Of a stretch of DNA of 64,000 nt, positions 29,546 through 39,982 are shown piece by piece; the stretch's first letter is position 1; every line of letters begins with the position of its first letter. The stretch is from contig JBPOGF010000008.1 of the NCBI GenBank assembly GCA_051251915.1, positions 1 through 64,000 on the forward strand, written 5' to 3'. The translations under genes were made by a program, and so were the position numbers. This DNA is from Akkermansiaceae bacterium. GTDB lineage: Bacteria; Verrucomicrobiota; Verrucomicrobiia; Verrucomicrobiales; Akkermansiaceae. A model generated the notes under the pieces. That model worked only from the letters and a program-made list of their open reading frames with translations. It was not told the origin of the DNA and did not search any database.

Positions 29546-30805
29546 ATGTCATCTAAACTATCTCTTGCTATATGTGGTTGCGGATCTCGTGCCCGCACTT
29601 ATTCTAACATCGCAATGAGCCTCGATGACCAGTTTGAAATCATTGCTGGCGCTGACCCTATTACTTCCAGAGTTGACGCCATTCGCAAGACTTCAAACAA
29701 TCCTGATTTTAAATCCTACGACTCCGCAGAAGAACTCCTCGCTCAGCCCAAGCTCGCTGACATCATGCTCATCACCACGCAAGACCAGTATCACTTCGGC
29801 CCTGCTAAAAAAGCATTAGAACTCGGCTATCACATCCTCCTAGAAAAACCAGCTGCACAAAGCATTGATCAAGTCAGAGAACTTGCTGATATAGCGAAAA
29901 AACTAGATCGAAAAATCATACTCTGTTTCGTTCTCAGATACACAAATTTCTATTCAAAGGTAAAAGAAATAGTCGATTCAAAAAGACTCGGTGAAATCGT
30001 CTCCATACGTGCTCACGAGGGCGTAGATGCCTTTCACCAAGCACACTCATTTGTCCGAGGACACTGGGCTAAATCAGCTGAGTCCACTCCCATGATCATA
30101 GCCAAATGCTGCCATGATACCGACATCATTTCATGGCTAATGGATTCTCCCTGTAAGTCAGTTTCATCCATTGGTGGCATATCACACTTCTCCGAAAAGC
30201 ATGCCCCAGAAGGAGCAACAGAGAGATGCACAGATGGCTGCCCACACGCAGATACCTGTCTCTACAGTTCTCTAAGATACACTAGCGACAGAGAGCGCTG
30301 GCTAAACATGGTCTTCCCTAATCCCACAGAAGAAAGAACCAAAGAAGAAATTCTTGATTGGCTCAGTGTTTCACCTTGGGGACGTTGCGTCTATAAATGC
30401 GATAATGATGTTGTTGACCACCAGCAAGTAATGATGGACTTTGAAAATGGAACTTCAGCCACCTTATCAATGACAGCATTCGATTGTGGCAGAACCTTAG
30501 AAATCTACGGAACCAAAGGCTCATTAAGAGGTGGCGACTCCATTAAACAGCAATTTGATACTGAAATAGTCATCCGTGATCACTACAACGGCGAGCTAGA
30601 AAAAATCAACCTCGAAGACCATGTCGCCAGCGAATACGCAGGACACGGAGGTGGTGACTTTGGCCTCATCAGTGCCCTGTCCGGAATCATCCATGGCACT
30701 CATAATTCAGACTCATCTCTGATCGAAACCGCTATCGAAGGACACGTCATCGGTTTTGCCGCAGAAAAATCTCGTCTACAAGGCGGAGTAAAAATCACCC
30801 TGTAA
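29546..30805 (+). CDS. Gfo/Idh/MocA family oxidoreductase
   Basis: GCGSRA Rossmann start, LLEKP, HSFVRGHW, KCCHD, GHGGGD. Confidence 0.9.
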   Translation: MSSKLSLAICGCGSRARTYSNIAMSLDDQFEIIAGADPITSRVDAIRKTSNNPDFKSYDSAEELLAQPKLADIMLITTQDQYHFGPAKKALELGYHILLEKPAAQSIDQVRELADIAKKLDRKIILCFVLRYTNFYSKVKEIVDSKRLGEIVSIRAHEGVDAFHQAHSFVRGHWAKSAESTPMIIAKCCHDTDIISWLMDSPCKSVSSIGGISHFSEKHAPEGATERCTDGCPHADTCLYSSLRYTSDRERWLNMVFPNPTEERTKEEILDWLSVSPWGRCVYKCDNDVVDHQQVMMDFENGTSATLSMTAFDCGRTLEIYGTKGSLRGGDSIKQQFDTEIVIRDHYNGELEKINLEDHVASEYAGHGGGDFGLISALSGIIHGTHNSDSSLIETAIEGHVIGFAAEKSRLQGGVKITL

Positions 30806-30809
30806 TAAT

Positions 30810-30840
30810 AAAAGCCCTCTCAAATGTCTGAGAAGGCTTT
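30810..30840. terminator. Bidirectional terminator between convergent genes
   Basis: AAAGCCCTCTCA...TGAGAAGGCTTT hairpin. Confidence 0.65.
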
Positions 30841-30868
30841 CTGTTAGATACTTAAAGTAAGAGTTAAC

Positions 30869-32527
30869 TTAGCTCTTATAAATATTCTTGTAATACTCGT
30901 CTGCCATACGGTCAGAATCGAAAAACGGAACAACATCGTTCATGCTGTTAAGCACCACATCCCACCAAGCATCTTTATTCCCATAATAAAGTGGAAGAAC
31001 TTCTGTATCCATTAGCTGGTAAAATCCTAACATGTCATGCTGATCTCTAGCCTCTGGCGATAAATTACGGTCCGCCTCAGGAATCAAGAAGGAATTCTTC
31101 CCAGTTTTAGCAAATTCACAGACCCAGCCATCATACGTAGAAATATTCACACTCCCATTCATAGCTGCCGTCATTCCAGATGTGCCAGATGCCTCTCGTG
31201 TCACAATCGGATTGTTGAGCCACAAGTCAGATCCATCTTTCATCAGCCTAGATAGATCAAGCTCGTAACCCACAAGAACAGCTGCATGCGGAAACTTATT
31301 CGTTAAATCACATAACCCGTTAAATTCCTCAATCGCGCCGTAATCCTTAGGATAAGGCTTACCTCCCCAGATGATCTGCACTGGCTTATTTGTGCGCTCT
31401 AGCATGGTAGAAAATCGCTCCAGATCCCTTGCTACCAAATTAGCACGCTTATATCCTGCAAATCTACGCGCCCACACTATGGTAAGCACGTCTGGATCAA
31501 ACAAACGTCCAGTCTGGTGAGCCACTTCCTTACAGAGCTTCTCTTTCAAGATTCGTTTGCGTGCGGCCAAAGCCTCTTTATCATTCGCGGCTCTCGCCTC
31601 ATCGAGTTCTTTGTCAGCCCAGTATTTTTTATTCTGAGCATTTGTCACGTGAGTGATCTCACAGATTCCTTCGTGACCCTTCCACATCTCACGAGACACC
31701 TCGCCATGAAGCTTAGAAACAGCATTGGCAATCCTGCTCATGCGAAGCCCAGCAAGTGTATGATTAAATGTATCATCATGGACACCTGCCATCTCTCTCA
31801 CTTCTTCAGCAGGTAATCCTGAAAAGAATCCAAATTTCATCAGCAGATCAAAGCTAGATTTCTCATTTCCTGCTTCCACTGGAGTGTGAGTAGTAAAAAC
31901 AAAACGCTTTTTAACCTCATCCATCGACTTATACTTAGAATATACGTAGAACGCTGCTGAAAGCGCATGCGCCTCATTGAGATGCCACACATCAGGATCC
32001 ACTTTTAACTCTTCCAGCAAGCGTGCTCCACCTATTCCAAGAAGCATATACTGTGCAGTCCTTGTAAGTCCATCTGAGTCATAAAGTCTGTGAGAAATCG
32101 TGCGGGAAACGTGATCATTCTCATCAATATCCGTAGTAAGGAAATACATTGGCGCCGTTCCAAACGTATCTGCCGGAAGATACATAGCCTTCACCCAGAC
32201 ATCTGCCCCATGGATTTTAATCGTATACTTGATCCCTGTATCCTTTAGGAAATGATAAATCTTACGTCTGTGTGAAACAGCCATTTCTCTATTCTCACCA
32301 CGCACTTGATTATAATAACCAAATGACCACAAAATCCCGATCCCTATCTGGTTTTGCTTAAGGTCATAGACACTACGCATATGAGAGCCTGCCAAAAAAC
32401 CAAGACCTCCAGAATAAATCTTCAAGGTCTGATCAATGGCGAATTCCATAGAAAAATAAGCAACACTCTTACTATATTCAGGAGCGATTTCGTAAGGATG
32501 ACTAAAGGGCTGTGGTAAAAAACTCAT
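30869..32527 (-). CDS. glgP: Alpha-glucan (glycogen) phosphorylase, compact type
   Basis: YFSMEF, YSGGLGFLAG, HLNEAH, FTTHTPV.AG, ARRFAGYKRA, EASGTSGM. Confidence 0.92.
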   Translation of the reverse strand: MSFLPQPFSHPYEIAPEYSKSVAYFSMEFAIDQTLKIYSGGLGFLAGSHMRSVYDLKQNQIGIGILWSFGYYNQVRGENREMAVSHRRKIYHFLKDTGIKYTIKIHGADVWVKAMYLPADTFGTAPMYFLTTDIDENDHVSRTISHRLYDSDGLTRTAQYMLLGIGGARLLEELKVDPDVWHLNEAHALSAAFYVYSKYKSMDEVKKRFVFTTHTPVEAGNEKSSFDLLMKFGFFSGLPAEEVREMAGVHDDTFNHTLAGLRMSRIANAVSKLHGEVSREMWKGHEGICEITHVTNAQNKKYWADKELDEARAANDKEALAARKRILKEKLCKEVAHQTGRLFDPDVLTIVWARRFAGYKRANLVARDLERFSTMLERTNKPVQIIWGGKPYPKDYGAIEEFNGLCDLTNKFPHAAVLVGYELDLSRLMKDGSDLWLNNPIVTREASGTSGMTAAMNGSVNISTYDGWVCEFAKTGKNSFLIPEADRNLSPEARDQHDMLGFYQLMDTEVLPLYYGNKDAWWDVVLNSMNDVVPFFDSDRMADEYYKNIYKS

Positions 32528-32701
32528 AGATTATTTAAAATTATATTTTGTGGTTATCCGAAATTAATATACGAACTATCCTAGTGCGTCTAGCTACATT
32601 TCCAGTTTCTCATTTTTATGACACAACTTCATTCCAACCCTTGCTACTTGCCTATACGAGTGTAGCTTCCCACCATATCTAACATTCTCAAAAGCATTAA
32701 A

Positions 32702-33556
32702 ATGAATAGCAACTCACCAACATTCTCCAAATGGTTTCTCCATATCAGTGCCATGATAGCCATTTCTGGCGCCAGTGCCTGCCAGCAGAATGTTCCTACT
32801 GATCAACTTACACAAACACCCCTTCAAACCACCCCTCAAAAAAAACTTACCCCTGTCATCGTCACACAACCACAAGCCATCCTCCCTACTAAACTGCATC
32901 AAATCAAACACCAAGGCATTCAGTTCAACATCGTTACTTTCGACACCAGAAACCAGCAACTCATCGTCGCTGATCAACCAAAAGGGCCAGGCTCAACATG
33001 GGCAGACGCAGAAGCCGCAGCTAAAGCAAATAACGGCATCGCCGCCATCAACGCAGGCTTCTTCACCCCAGAAGGCTCCCCTCTAGGTATCGTCATTTCA
33101 AATGGCAGCAAACGTGGCTCTAACAACCCCTCATCATTAGGAACGGGTATCTTCTATCACACCCCTACCGGTGCCAGCATTTCGCGCAGAGCCATCTGGA
33201 CTAAGCTATCACAATCCCCTCCCTCTCACCTCCTCCAGTCTGGCCCCATGCTACTAGAAAACTCCAATCCAGTCGCAGGTTTATCTGACAAATCTTCACG
33301 CGTCAGATCCTTCATCGCCACCGATGGAAAAAAACACTGGTGTATCGGTCATGCTGAATCCTGCACTTTAGCACAGCTCTCCAAAGCTCTCACCTCATTA
33401 GAAACCCCTCAATTCAACCCAACCACTGCACTCAACCTTGACGGAGGACGCTCATCTGATCTATGGGTAGCTTCATCAGTAGCTGGCGGAGACAAAACAA
33501 TTCGCCCATTTTGGAATAAACCAGTGCTGAATTTCCTCATACTTAAAAGTAACTAA
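32702..33556 (+). CDS. Phosphodiester glycosidase (NAGPA/DUF2233) family lipoprotein
   Basis: AAINAGFF, QSGPML, RSFIATDG, ALNLDGGRSS. Confidence 0.85.
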   Translation: MNSNSPTFSKWFLHISAMIAISGASACQQNVPTDQLTQTPLQTTPQKKLTPVIVTQPQAILPTKLHQIKHQGIQFNIVTFDTRNQQLIVADQPKGPGSTWADAEAAAKANNGIAAINAGFFTPEGSPLGIVISNGSKRGSNNPSSLGTGIFYHTPTGASISRRAIWTKLSQSPPSHLLQSGPMLLENSNPVAGLSDKSSRVRSFIATDGKKHWCIGHAESCTLAQLSKALTSLETPQFNPTTALNLDGGRSSDLWVASSVAGGDKTIRPFWNKPVLNFLILKSN

Positions 33557-33568
33557 AACACTCACTTC

Positions 33569-34171
33569 ATGACACTTTCTAAATACAGAACTTTTCAACA
33601 AGTTCTCACCATGGCCTTTGCCATACTCAGCTTCTCCCAGTTAACTGCTTCGGCGAGACTTGAACAGGTATTACTACCAGTTAACGATAAAGACAAAAAA
33701 GTAACCTTCACTTTCTATCATTTCGATTCCTCAAAATCCGCCAGCCTAACAAACGTCAAAGAAAACATCGGCGAGAGCACCACTAACGCTAAAGCAGTAG
33801 CTGGTATCTCAGCATCTGCTACCACCAATATTTCCTACCAATCCGGCAAATTTACCATCCCGAATAATGCATTATTCGTCATCCAGAATGGGGCACTCAC
33901 AGGCGCGGTAAAAACAACAGGCATCCACAAACACACTCTCGTTCTAACAGATGGAAAAGGCCGCCACGCCATCGCTTACACCCCAAATGTTAGTACTACG
34001 GAACTCGGCTTCGCACTTAAAAATTTCCTCACATCAAGCAAAACAAAATTCACTACTGCCATAATCACAGACTCAGGAAACCAATGCGGATTCTACAAAA
34101 AAAATGGCAACTACAATCCCTATTACCTCAAAGAGCTCAAAAAGCCAGTTCAAGCCATCATCGTGAAATAA
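33569..34171 (+). CDS. Degenerate paralog of the upstream NAGPA-family protein
   Basis: HTLVLTDGKGRHAIAY..VSTTELGFAL...TTAIITDSG aligns with RSFIATDGKKHWCIGH..CTLAQLSKAL...TTALNLDGG. Confidence 0.6.
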   Translation: MTLSKYRTFQQVLTMAFAILSFSQLTASARLEQVLLPVNDKDKKVTFTFYHFDSSKSASLTNVKENIGESTTNAKAVAGISASATTNISYQSGKFTIPNNALFVIQNGALTGAVKTTGIHKHTLVLTDGKGRHAIAYTPNVSTTELGFALKNFLTSSKTKFTTAIITDSGNQCGFYKKNGNYNPYYLKELKKPVQAIIVK

Positions 34172-34214
34172 CGATTCTTTTGAACAGCTATCTCCTCAAG
34201 TAGTCATATCCTAT

Positions 34215-34607
34215 GTGATCACTCTACTACTTCTCATTGCATTCATAGGCTTCCTTGCAGGCCTCACCATCCTAAAAACAAACAACATCTCCCCAGAACT
34301 ATTCAGTGTTCTACAAAACGTCCCCTACCATGACAAATTAGGGCATCTCATCCTCATGGGAATTCTCGCTTACCTAGCTGTCGCCACGTTTTCTCCACGA
34401 CTTAAAATCAACAACCACAAACACCCACACTTAATCGTAGGAAGCTGTGTCGCCACCATCATTATCATTGAGGAAACCTCACAGTCTTACTTCCCCACCC
34501 GTAGCTGCTCATGGCTAGATGCAGCAGCAGGCATAACCGGAGTTTTTATAGCCATCTTCATCTACAAAAAAACCGCAGCCTACCGCAAGAAACCTCTAGC
34601 TTCCTAA
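34215..34607 (+). CDS. VanZ family membrane protein
   Basis: DKLGHLILMG, EETSQSYFPTRSCSWLDAAA. Confidence 0.85.
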   Translation: MITLLLLIAFIGFLAGLTILKTNNISPELFSVLQNVPYHDKLGHLILMGILAYLAVATFSPRLKINNHKHPHLIVGSCVATIIIIEETSQSYFPTRSCSWLDAAAGITGVFIAIFIYKKTAAYRKKPLAS

Positions 34608-34611
34608 AGTC

Positions 34612-34857
34612 CTAATCCTCAGATTTTAAAATCATCTGAAAAAGCTGATCTTTCAGTGCCAATCGATGCGCCTTCTGCTGAGTCGCGAACTCATCACTAG
34701 TCGTCTCTATATTCTCCTCAATTCGGTGCACCTGTTTATCTGAATCATGATATTCATCAAATAACCTAGCAAAATGGTTATCCTCTAATTTCAAGCGGTG
34801 AATCGTCTCCTTATGTTCTGGTAACTCGTGTAGTAAATCGTGTTTTTCTATTGGCAT
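34612..34857 (-). CDS. YdcH/DUF465 family protein
   Basis: HDLLHELPE..IHRLK..DNHFARLFDEYH...RLALKD. Confidence 0.85.
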   Translation of the reverse strand: MPIEKHDLLHELPEHKETIHRLKLEDNHFARLFDEYHDSDKQVHRIEENIETTSDEFATQQKAHRLALKDQLFQMILKSED

Positions 34858-34944
34858 AAATTTTATTGTTTAATTCACCTAAAATCTAACAGCACCTCAC
34901 ACTCCCTGCCACGCATAACTTGTCATCCGCAGCACCAAATCTGC

Positions 34945-36696
34945 CTACCTAGATTTTAACCAGGCCTCAATCTCAACCAAATTTTTCGTATTAATCACAT
35001 CATCCTTCGTCAGCCACCCCTTCCGAGCCAGCCGCACCCCGTAAGATAAATACTGCAACTGCTCAGTCCTATGCGCATCCGGATTAATACTACACTTCAC
35101 CCCCTTTTCCTTAGCCTTCTTCCAATGACGCCAATCCATATCCAACCGCATAGGACTACAATTCAACTCAATCACCGTCCCCGTAGCCGCAGCACAATCA
35201 ATGATCTTATCCACATTCACAGCATAAGGATTCCGCTTAAGCAATAACCTCCCCGTCACATGCCCCAGCATCGTCACATACTCATTCTCCATTGCCTTAA
35301 TAATCCTCGCCGTCATCTCCTTCTCTGGCAACGTAAAAGCATTATGCACAGACGCCACACAGTAATCTAACTGCTTCAACACATCATCCGGAAAATCCAA
35401 ACTCCCATCCTTTAAAATATCCACCTCAGATCCCGCCAGCAACTTAAACTTACCACCCCACTCCGGATTCCCATTCAGCCTCCCTATCTCCTCCACCTGC
35501 CTCAACAACCGATCCGCATACAAGCCACTCGCCTGAAACGATGACTTACTATGATCCGCTATCCCCAGATACTCCAACCCCAGATCAATCGCAGCCTCTG
35601 CCATCTCCTCCAAACTATTCCGCCCATCAGACGCCGTAGTATGATTATGGAACGTCCCTCGCAGATTCTCTAACTCTATCAACTTCGGAATCTCCCCTCC
35701 AGAAGAGAAATCAGCCGCCTCTATCTCCCCCCTATTCTCCCTCAACTCAGGCGGTATAAAATCCAGCCCAAGTGCCCTATAAATATCAGCCTCATCATTC
35801 ACCTCAGGCAGCTCCACACTTTCATCCTCTCCCTGAAAATCATACTCATTCAGCGACCACCCCCTCAGCTTAGCCCGCTTCCGCAACTCCACATTATGCT
35901 CCTTACTCCCACTAAAATACTGCAAAGCAAATGGATACGCCGCATTAGAAACAGCCCTCAAGTCACACTGTAACCCATCATCCAACCGGATCGATGCCTT
36001 CGTATCCCCACACACAATCACAGAACTTACCTCTGGCAACTTACTAAAATACTCCGTCAACTCAGCTGGGCTATCCGTCGCCACTAAAATATCAATATCA
36101 TGCAAAATCTCCTTAGACCTCCTATACGACCCCGCATGAGTACAACGCAACGTAGCCGGATGCTCTCTAACATACTCTAACAACGTCTCCGCCATCACCG
36201 ACACACTCCCCAGTCTAAAATGACTCGCAAACTTCTCCTTCAGCTCAATAGCCTCCAAAATCTTCTCCACCGTCTTCGCCCCAAACCCACTCAACTCAGC
36301 CACCTTCCCACTCACACACACCTCCTTCAGCGCCGCCACAGAATCCACCCCCAGCTTATCATAAAGAGCCTTTATCTTCTTCGGCCCCAGCCCAGACAAA
36401 TCAAACAACGCAAACAACCCCTCAGGAAATTCCGCCCTCAAATTCTCATAATAACTCATCCTCCCTGTCTGCACCAACTCCGCCACCTTCTCCTGCAACG
36501 CCTTACCAAATCCCTTCACCCCTCCCAGATTCCCCTCCTTCGCCAGAGCTATCACATCCTCCTCCACATTCATCACTGCCTCAGCACCATTCCTGTAAGC
36601 CCTAGTTTTAAAGACATTCTCCCCCTTCAGCTCCAGTAAAAGTGCTATTTCCTCTAAAATCTCCGCTATATCTTCACGTCCTATCTCCATAGCCAT
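34945..36696 (-). CDS. polX: DNA polymerase X / PHP 3'-5' exonuclease
   Basis: GENVFKTRAY, GLGPKK HhH, AGSYRR, HDIDIL, QCDLR, GSKEHN; PHP motifs HNHT, DHS, EVD, NPDAH. Confidence 0.95.
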   Translation of the reverse strand: MAMEIGREDIAEILEEIALLLELKGENVFKTRAYRNGAEAVMNVEEDVIALAKEGNLGGVKGFGKALQEKVAELVQTGRMSYYENLRAEFPEGLFALFDLSGLGPKKIKALYDKLGVDSVAALKEVCVSGKVAELSGFGAKTVEKILEAIELKEKFASHFRLGSVSVMAETLLEYVREHPATLRCTHAGSYRRSKEILHDIDILVATDSPAELTEYFSKLPEVSSVIVCGDTKASIRLDDGLQCDLRAVSNAAYPFALQYFSGSKEHNVELRKRAKLRGWSLNEYDFQGEDESVELPEVNDEADIYRALGLDFIPPELRENRGEIEAADFSSGGEIPKLIELENLRGTFHNHTTASDGRNSLEEMAEAAIDLGLEYLGIADHSKSSFQASGLYADRLLRQVEEIGRLNGNPEWGGKFKLLAGSEVDILKDGSLDFPDDVLKQLDYCVASVHNAFTLPEKEMTARIIKAMENEYVTMLGHVTGRLLLKRNPYAVNVDKIIDCAAATGTVIELNCSPMRLDMDWRHWKKAKEKGVKCSINPDAHRTEQLQYLSYGVRLARKGWLTKDDVINTKNLVEIEAWLKSR

Positions 36697-36773
36697 ATTC
36701 AAGCGAACTCTCCCCATAAATCAAAACAAATATCGTCATTGCCAAGCCATCTACTCTAGTTTAGAAAACTAAC

Positions 36774-37316
36774 ATGTCTTTTTTCGCTATCACCCTATCC
36801 CTACTCGCACTGAGCCTTAGTTCCTTAACCAGTGCAGGTGATCTCATCGCCAACCTCAACTACGGCGATACCCGTGAAACCGCCACCAGAAAACTCAAAA
36901 ATAGCCCACTCCTAAAAGCCAACATCGCCGACAACCTATTCGGCAGAGTCGGACTCAACGGATCATTCACCACCACCCGAGATCTCGCAGGATTGAAATT
37001 CTCACTCTATTTCGATTGGTCAGAATCTCGCGAACTCCAACAAATCACCTTCCGCTCAGACGCTCTCCCAGATGGAGCATATGACCAACGACTCAAAACA
37101 TCCTGGACACAAGCCAGTAACCTACTCTCATCCATGCACGGAGCCACCAGCAACGCTGGAGAATACCCTAAGCAAAGCGAAATTAAACCAGGAACCATGC
37201 GTTACTCACACGAATGGAAAACCCACAACGGCTACATCTACCTCGGCACAGGCCAAGAAACCAAAGGCTACAGCCTCGTCATCACCTTCTCTGAAGTCTC
37301 TCTCGACGCCCAGTAA
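36774..37316 (+). CDS. Hypothetical secreted protein
   Basis: Signal peptide; 180-aa ORF with host-like codon usage. Confidence 0.7.
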   Translation: MSFFAITLSLLALSLSSLTSAGDLIANLNYGDTRETATRKLKNSPLLKANIADNLFGRVGLNGSFTTTRDLAGLKFSLYFDWSESRELQQITFRSDALPDGAYDQRLKTSWTQASNLLSSMHGATSNAGEYPKQSEIKPGTMRYSHEWKTHNGYIYLGTGQETKGYSLVITFSEVSLDAQ

Positions 37317-37335
37317 ATAACGGACACCAAACCCC

Positions 37336-39276
37336 ATGCTGTCGCCACACCAGGCACTCCAGAAATACTTCGGCCTCCCAGATTTTCGCCCCGCCCAGCT
37401 CGAAATCATCGAGCACATCCTAGCGGGCAACAACACCCTAGCCACCCTTCCCACCGGCTCAGGAAAATCCCTCACCTTCCAACTCCCCTCATTTCTTCTC
37501 AGAAATCACGGCACCACCGTCGTCATCTCCCCGCTCCTCTCACTCATCCGAGACCAAGTCCAGAAACTCCAGCAGCAAGGCATCGCCGCCGCCCAGCTAG
37601 ACTCCACCCTCACCACCCAAGAGCGAAATCATAATCTAACAGAACTCAAAGCCGGCAACATCCAGCTCCTCTACACCTCCCCAGAAACTCTCTCTAACCC
37701 ACAACTGTTAGAAATTTTAAAACAAATCGACATCTCCCTCGTCGCCATAGATGAAGCCCACTGCTACTCAGAATGGGGCCACTCCTTCCGCCCCTCCTAC
37801 CTCTCCCTCCCCCACCTCACCCGCGCCATCAAGCCCCACGCAGTCCTAGCACTCACAGCCACCGCCACCAGAAAAGTCGCCTCAGACATCCGCAAAGCCT
37901 TCCGCATCAAGACCGCCTACCACATCTCCTCATCCCCCAGACGCGCCAACCTCTCCTACACCATCATCCCCACCGAGGACCAACAACGCCCCGACCACCT
38001 CTCCTCCATCCTCGCCAAGCCCCACCACCTCCCCGCCATCGTCTACGCCATGCGCCAAGAACAATGCGAGGAAATCGCCCACCACCTCTCCTCCACCGGA
38101 CTACGCGCCAAATCCTACCACGCAGGCATGTCCACCACATCCCGCAAAACTATCCAGGACGACTTCCTCTCAGGCAAAACCCAAGTCATCGTAGCCACCA
38201 TCGCCTTCGGAATGGGAGTCGATAAATCAAACATCCGCTCCATCATCCACTACCACCTCCCCAAGTCCCCAGAAGGCTGGATGCAAGAATCCGGCCGCGC
38301 AGGCAGAGACGCATCCCCCGCCCACACCTACCTCCTAGCCTGCGCAGCAGACACCATCCCACTCACCAACTTCATCCGCGCCCGTGAACTCCCAGAATCC
38401 TCCATCCACCGCCTCGTCACCACCCTCACATCACAAGGAAAATCCGCAGTAATTCAGCCCTACCACACCCGCGTAAACCTAGGAATGCTATCCACCACCC
38501 TAGACGTCCTACTCGCCAAACTCGAACTCCTCAAAATCTCCAAATACACCCACACCACCTGGCGCTACATCAAAATGAACGTCCTCTACGGCAGAACCTT
38601 CAACCTATCAGACTACCCCAAAAAACACCAAAAAGCCCTCAACCACCTCCTCAACATGGAAGGCCTATACACCCGCTATGACCTACACGACGCCCCCACA
38701 GACTTCGGCATCCCAACCGAAAAACTCTACCAAACCCTCCTAGAAATCAAACAATCAGGAGAATGCTACATGCGCTTCTCCGGCTGGCAAAAACACTACA
38801 AAATCCTCAAACCCCTAAACCCAGACCAAGTCACCGAACTCACCACCACACTCTACCAATACCACCAAAACCAACTCACCCACGACGAACTCCGCCTCCA
38901 AGAAGTCCAGCGCATCGCCACCACTCGCGCCTGCATCCCCGTCCAATTCGAGAAATGGTTCTCCGTCCCCAAAGCCCAGCTAAAACCCTGCAACAACTGC
39001 TCATCCTGCTACAACGAAAAACGCCCCACAAAACTTACCCCCAGCTCCAACAAAAAACTTACCTCTAACATCACCGACGCCCAACTCACCACCATCAAAG
39101 AATTCCTCACCAAAAAGAAAAAATACATCCACACCCCCGCCCAGCTCACCTGCATCCTCTGCGGCATCGGCACCCCCTACATCCGCCACTACCGCCTCCA
39201 CCTCCACCCCATCTTCAGCACCTTCCAACACATCCCCTACGACGACATCCACCCCTACTCCATAGCCCTCCTCTAA
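37336..39276 (+). CDS. recQ: RecQ family ATP-dependent DNA helicase (no HRDC domain)
   Basis: LPTGSGKSL, DEAHC.SEWGHSFRP, LTATA, YHAG, ATIAFGMGVDK, QESGRAGRD, Zn-binding C...CNNCSSC. Confidence 0.92.
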   Translation: MLSPHQALQKYFGLPDFRPAQLEIIEHILAGNNTLATLPTGSGKSLTFQLPSFLLRNHGTTVVISPLLSLIRDQVQKLQQQGIAAAQLDSTLTTQERNHNLTELKAGNIQLLYTSPETLSNPQLLEILKQIDISLVAIDEAHCYSEWGHSFRPSYLSLPHLTRAIKPHAVLALTATATRKVASDIRKAFRIKTAYHISSSPRRANLSYTIIPTEDQQRPDHLSSILAKPHHLPAIVYAMRQEQCEEIAHHLSSTGLRAKSYHAGMSTTSRKTIQDDFLSGKTQVIVATIAFGMGVDKSNIRSIIHYHLPKSPEGWMQESGRAGRDASPAHTYLLACAADTIPLTNFIRARELPESSIHRLVTTLTSQGKSAVIQPYHTRVNLGMLSTTLDVLLAKLELLKISKYTHTTWRYIKMNVLYGRTFNLSDYPKKHQKALNHLLNMEGLYTRYDLHDAPTDFGIPTEKLYQTLLEIKQSGECYMRFSGWQKHYKILKPLNPDQVTELTTTLYQYHQNQLTHDELRLQEVQRIATTRACIPVQFEKWFSVPKAQLKPCNNCSSCYNEKRPTKLTPSSNKKLTSNITDAQLTTIKEFLTKKKKYIHTPAQLTCILCGIGTPYIRHYRLHLHPIFSTFQHIPYDDIHPYSIALL

Positions 39277-39304
39277 AAACGCCCCACACAATCAGCGAAA
39301 CAAA

Positions 39305-39982
39305 TTAACCCAAAGGACACCGATAACCTACTCCCCTCACCGTCTGAATGATCTCAGGACTCCCTGGCTCCCGCTCTATCTTCTTTCTCAACATCAAAAT
39401 ATGCTGATCCAGAGTTCTCGAATCAGGAAAATAATCCACCCCCCAACAATGATCCAGAAACTGATCACGAGACACGACATCCCCCTTACACCGATACAAA
39501 AGCATAAGCATATTCACCTCTCTTGGAGTCAGATCTATCCGTTCCTCCCCCCTCCTCGCTAATAACTGAAGCGGAAAAACCTCAATATCTAACATCTCAA
39601 ATTGAGTCTCGTTTTTCACCGCTGAACTACGCCTCAAAGTAGCCCGGATACGCGCCATCACCTCCCCCCGCGAAAACGGTTTTCTAATGAAATCATCCGC
39701 CCCAAGATCTAACCCTACCACCACATCGGCCTCCTCATTTTTAGCAGAAAGAAACAGGATAGGCACATCCGCATCACTCTCCCTGATCTCCTTACAAACC
39801 TCATAACCATTACAATTCGGCATCATAATATCTAAGCAAACAATATCAGGACTCTCACTCCTCCACAGCGCCAATGCCTCCACACCATCATTCGCCCGTA
39901 ACGACTGAAACCCCTCACGCTCAACACAAGCAGCCAAAGCCTCAAGCGTCAGCGGATCATCATCCGCTAGTAAAATCTTCAT
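39305..39982 (-). CDS. OmpR family response regulator
   Basis: LADDD, LDIMMP, GADDFIRKPF, winged-helix C-terminus TVRGVGY. The start ATG overlaps the HK stop. Confidence 0.93.
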   Translation of the reverse strand: MKILLADDDPLTLEALAACVEREGFQSLRANDGVEALALWRSESPDIVCLDIMMPNCNGYEVCKEIRESDADVPILFLSAKNEEADVVVGLDLGADDFIRKPFSRGEVMARIRATLRRSSAVKNETQFEMLDIEVFPLQLLARRGEERIDLTPREVNMLMLLYRCKGDVVSRDQFLDHCWGVDYFPDSRTLDQHILMLRKKIEREPGSPEIIQTVRGVGYRCPLG

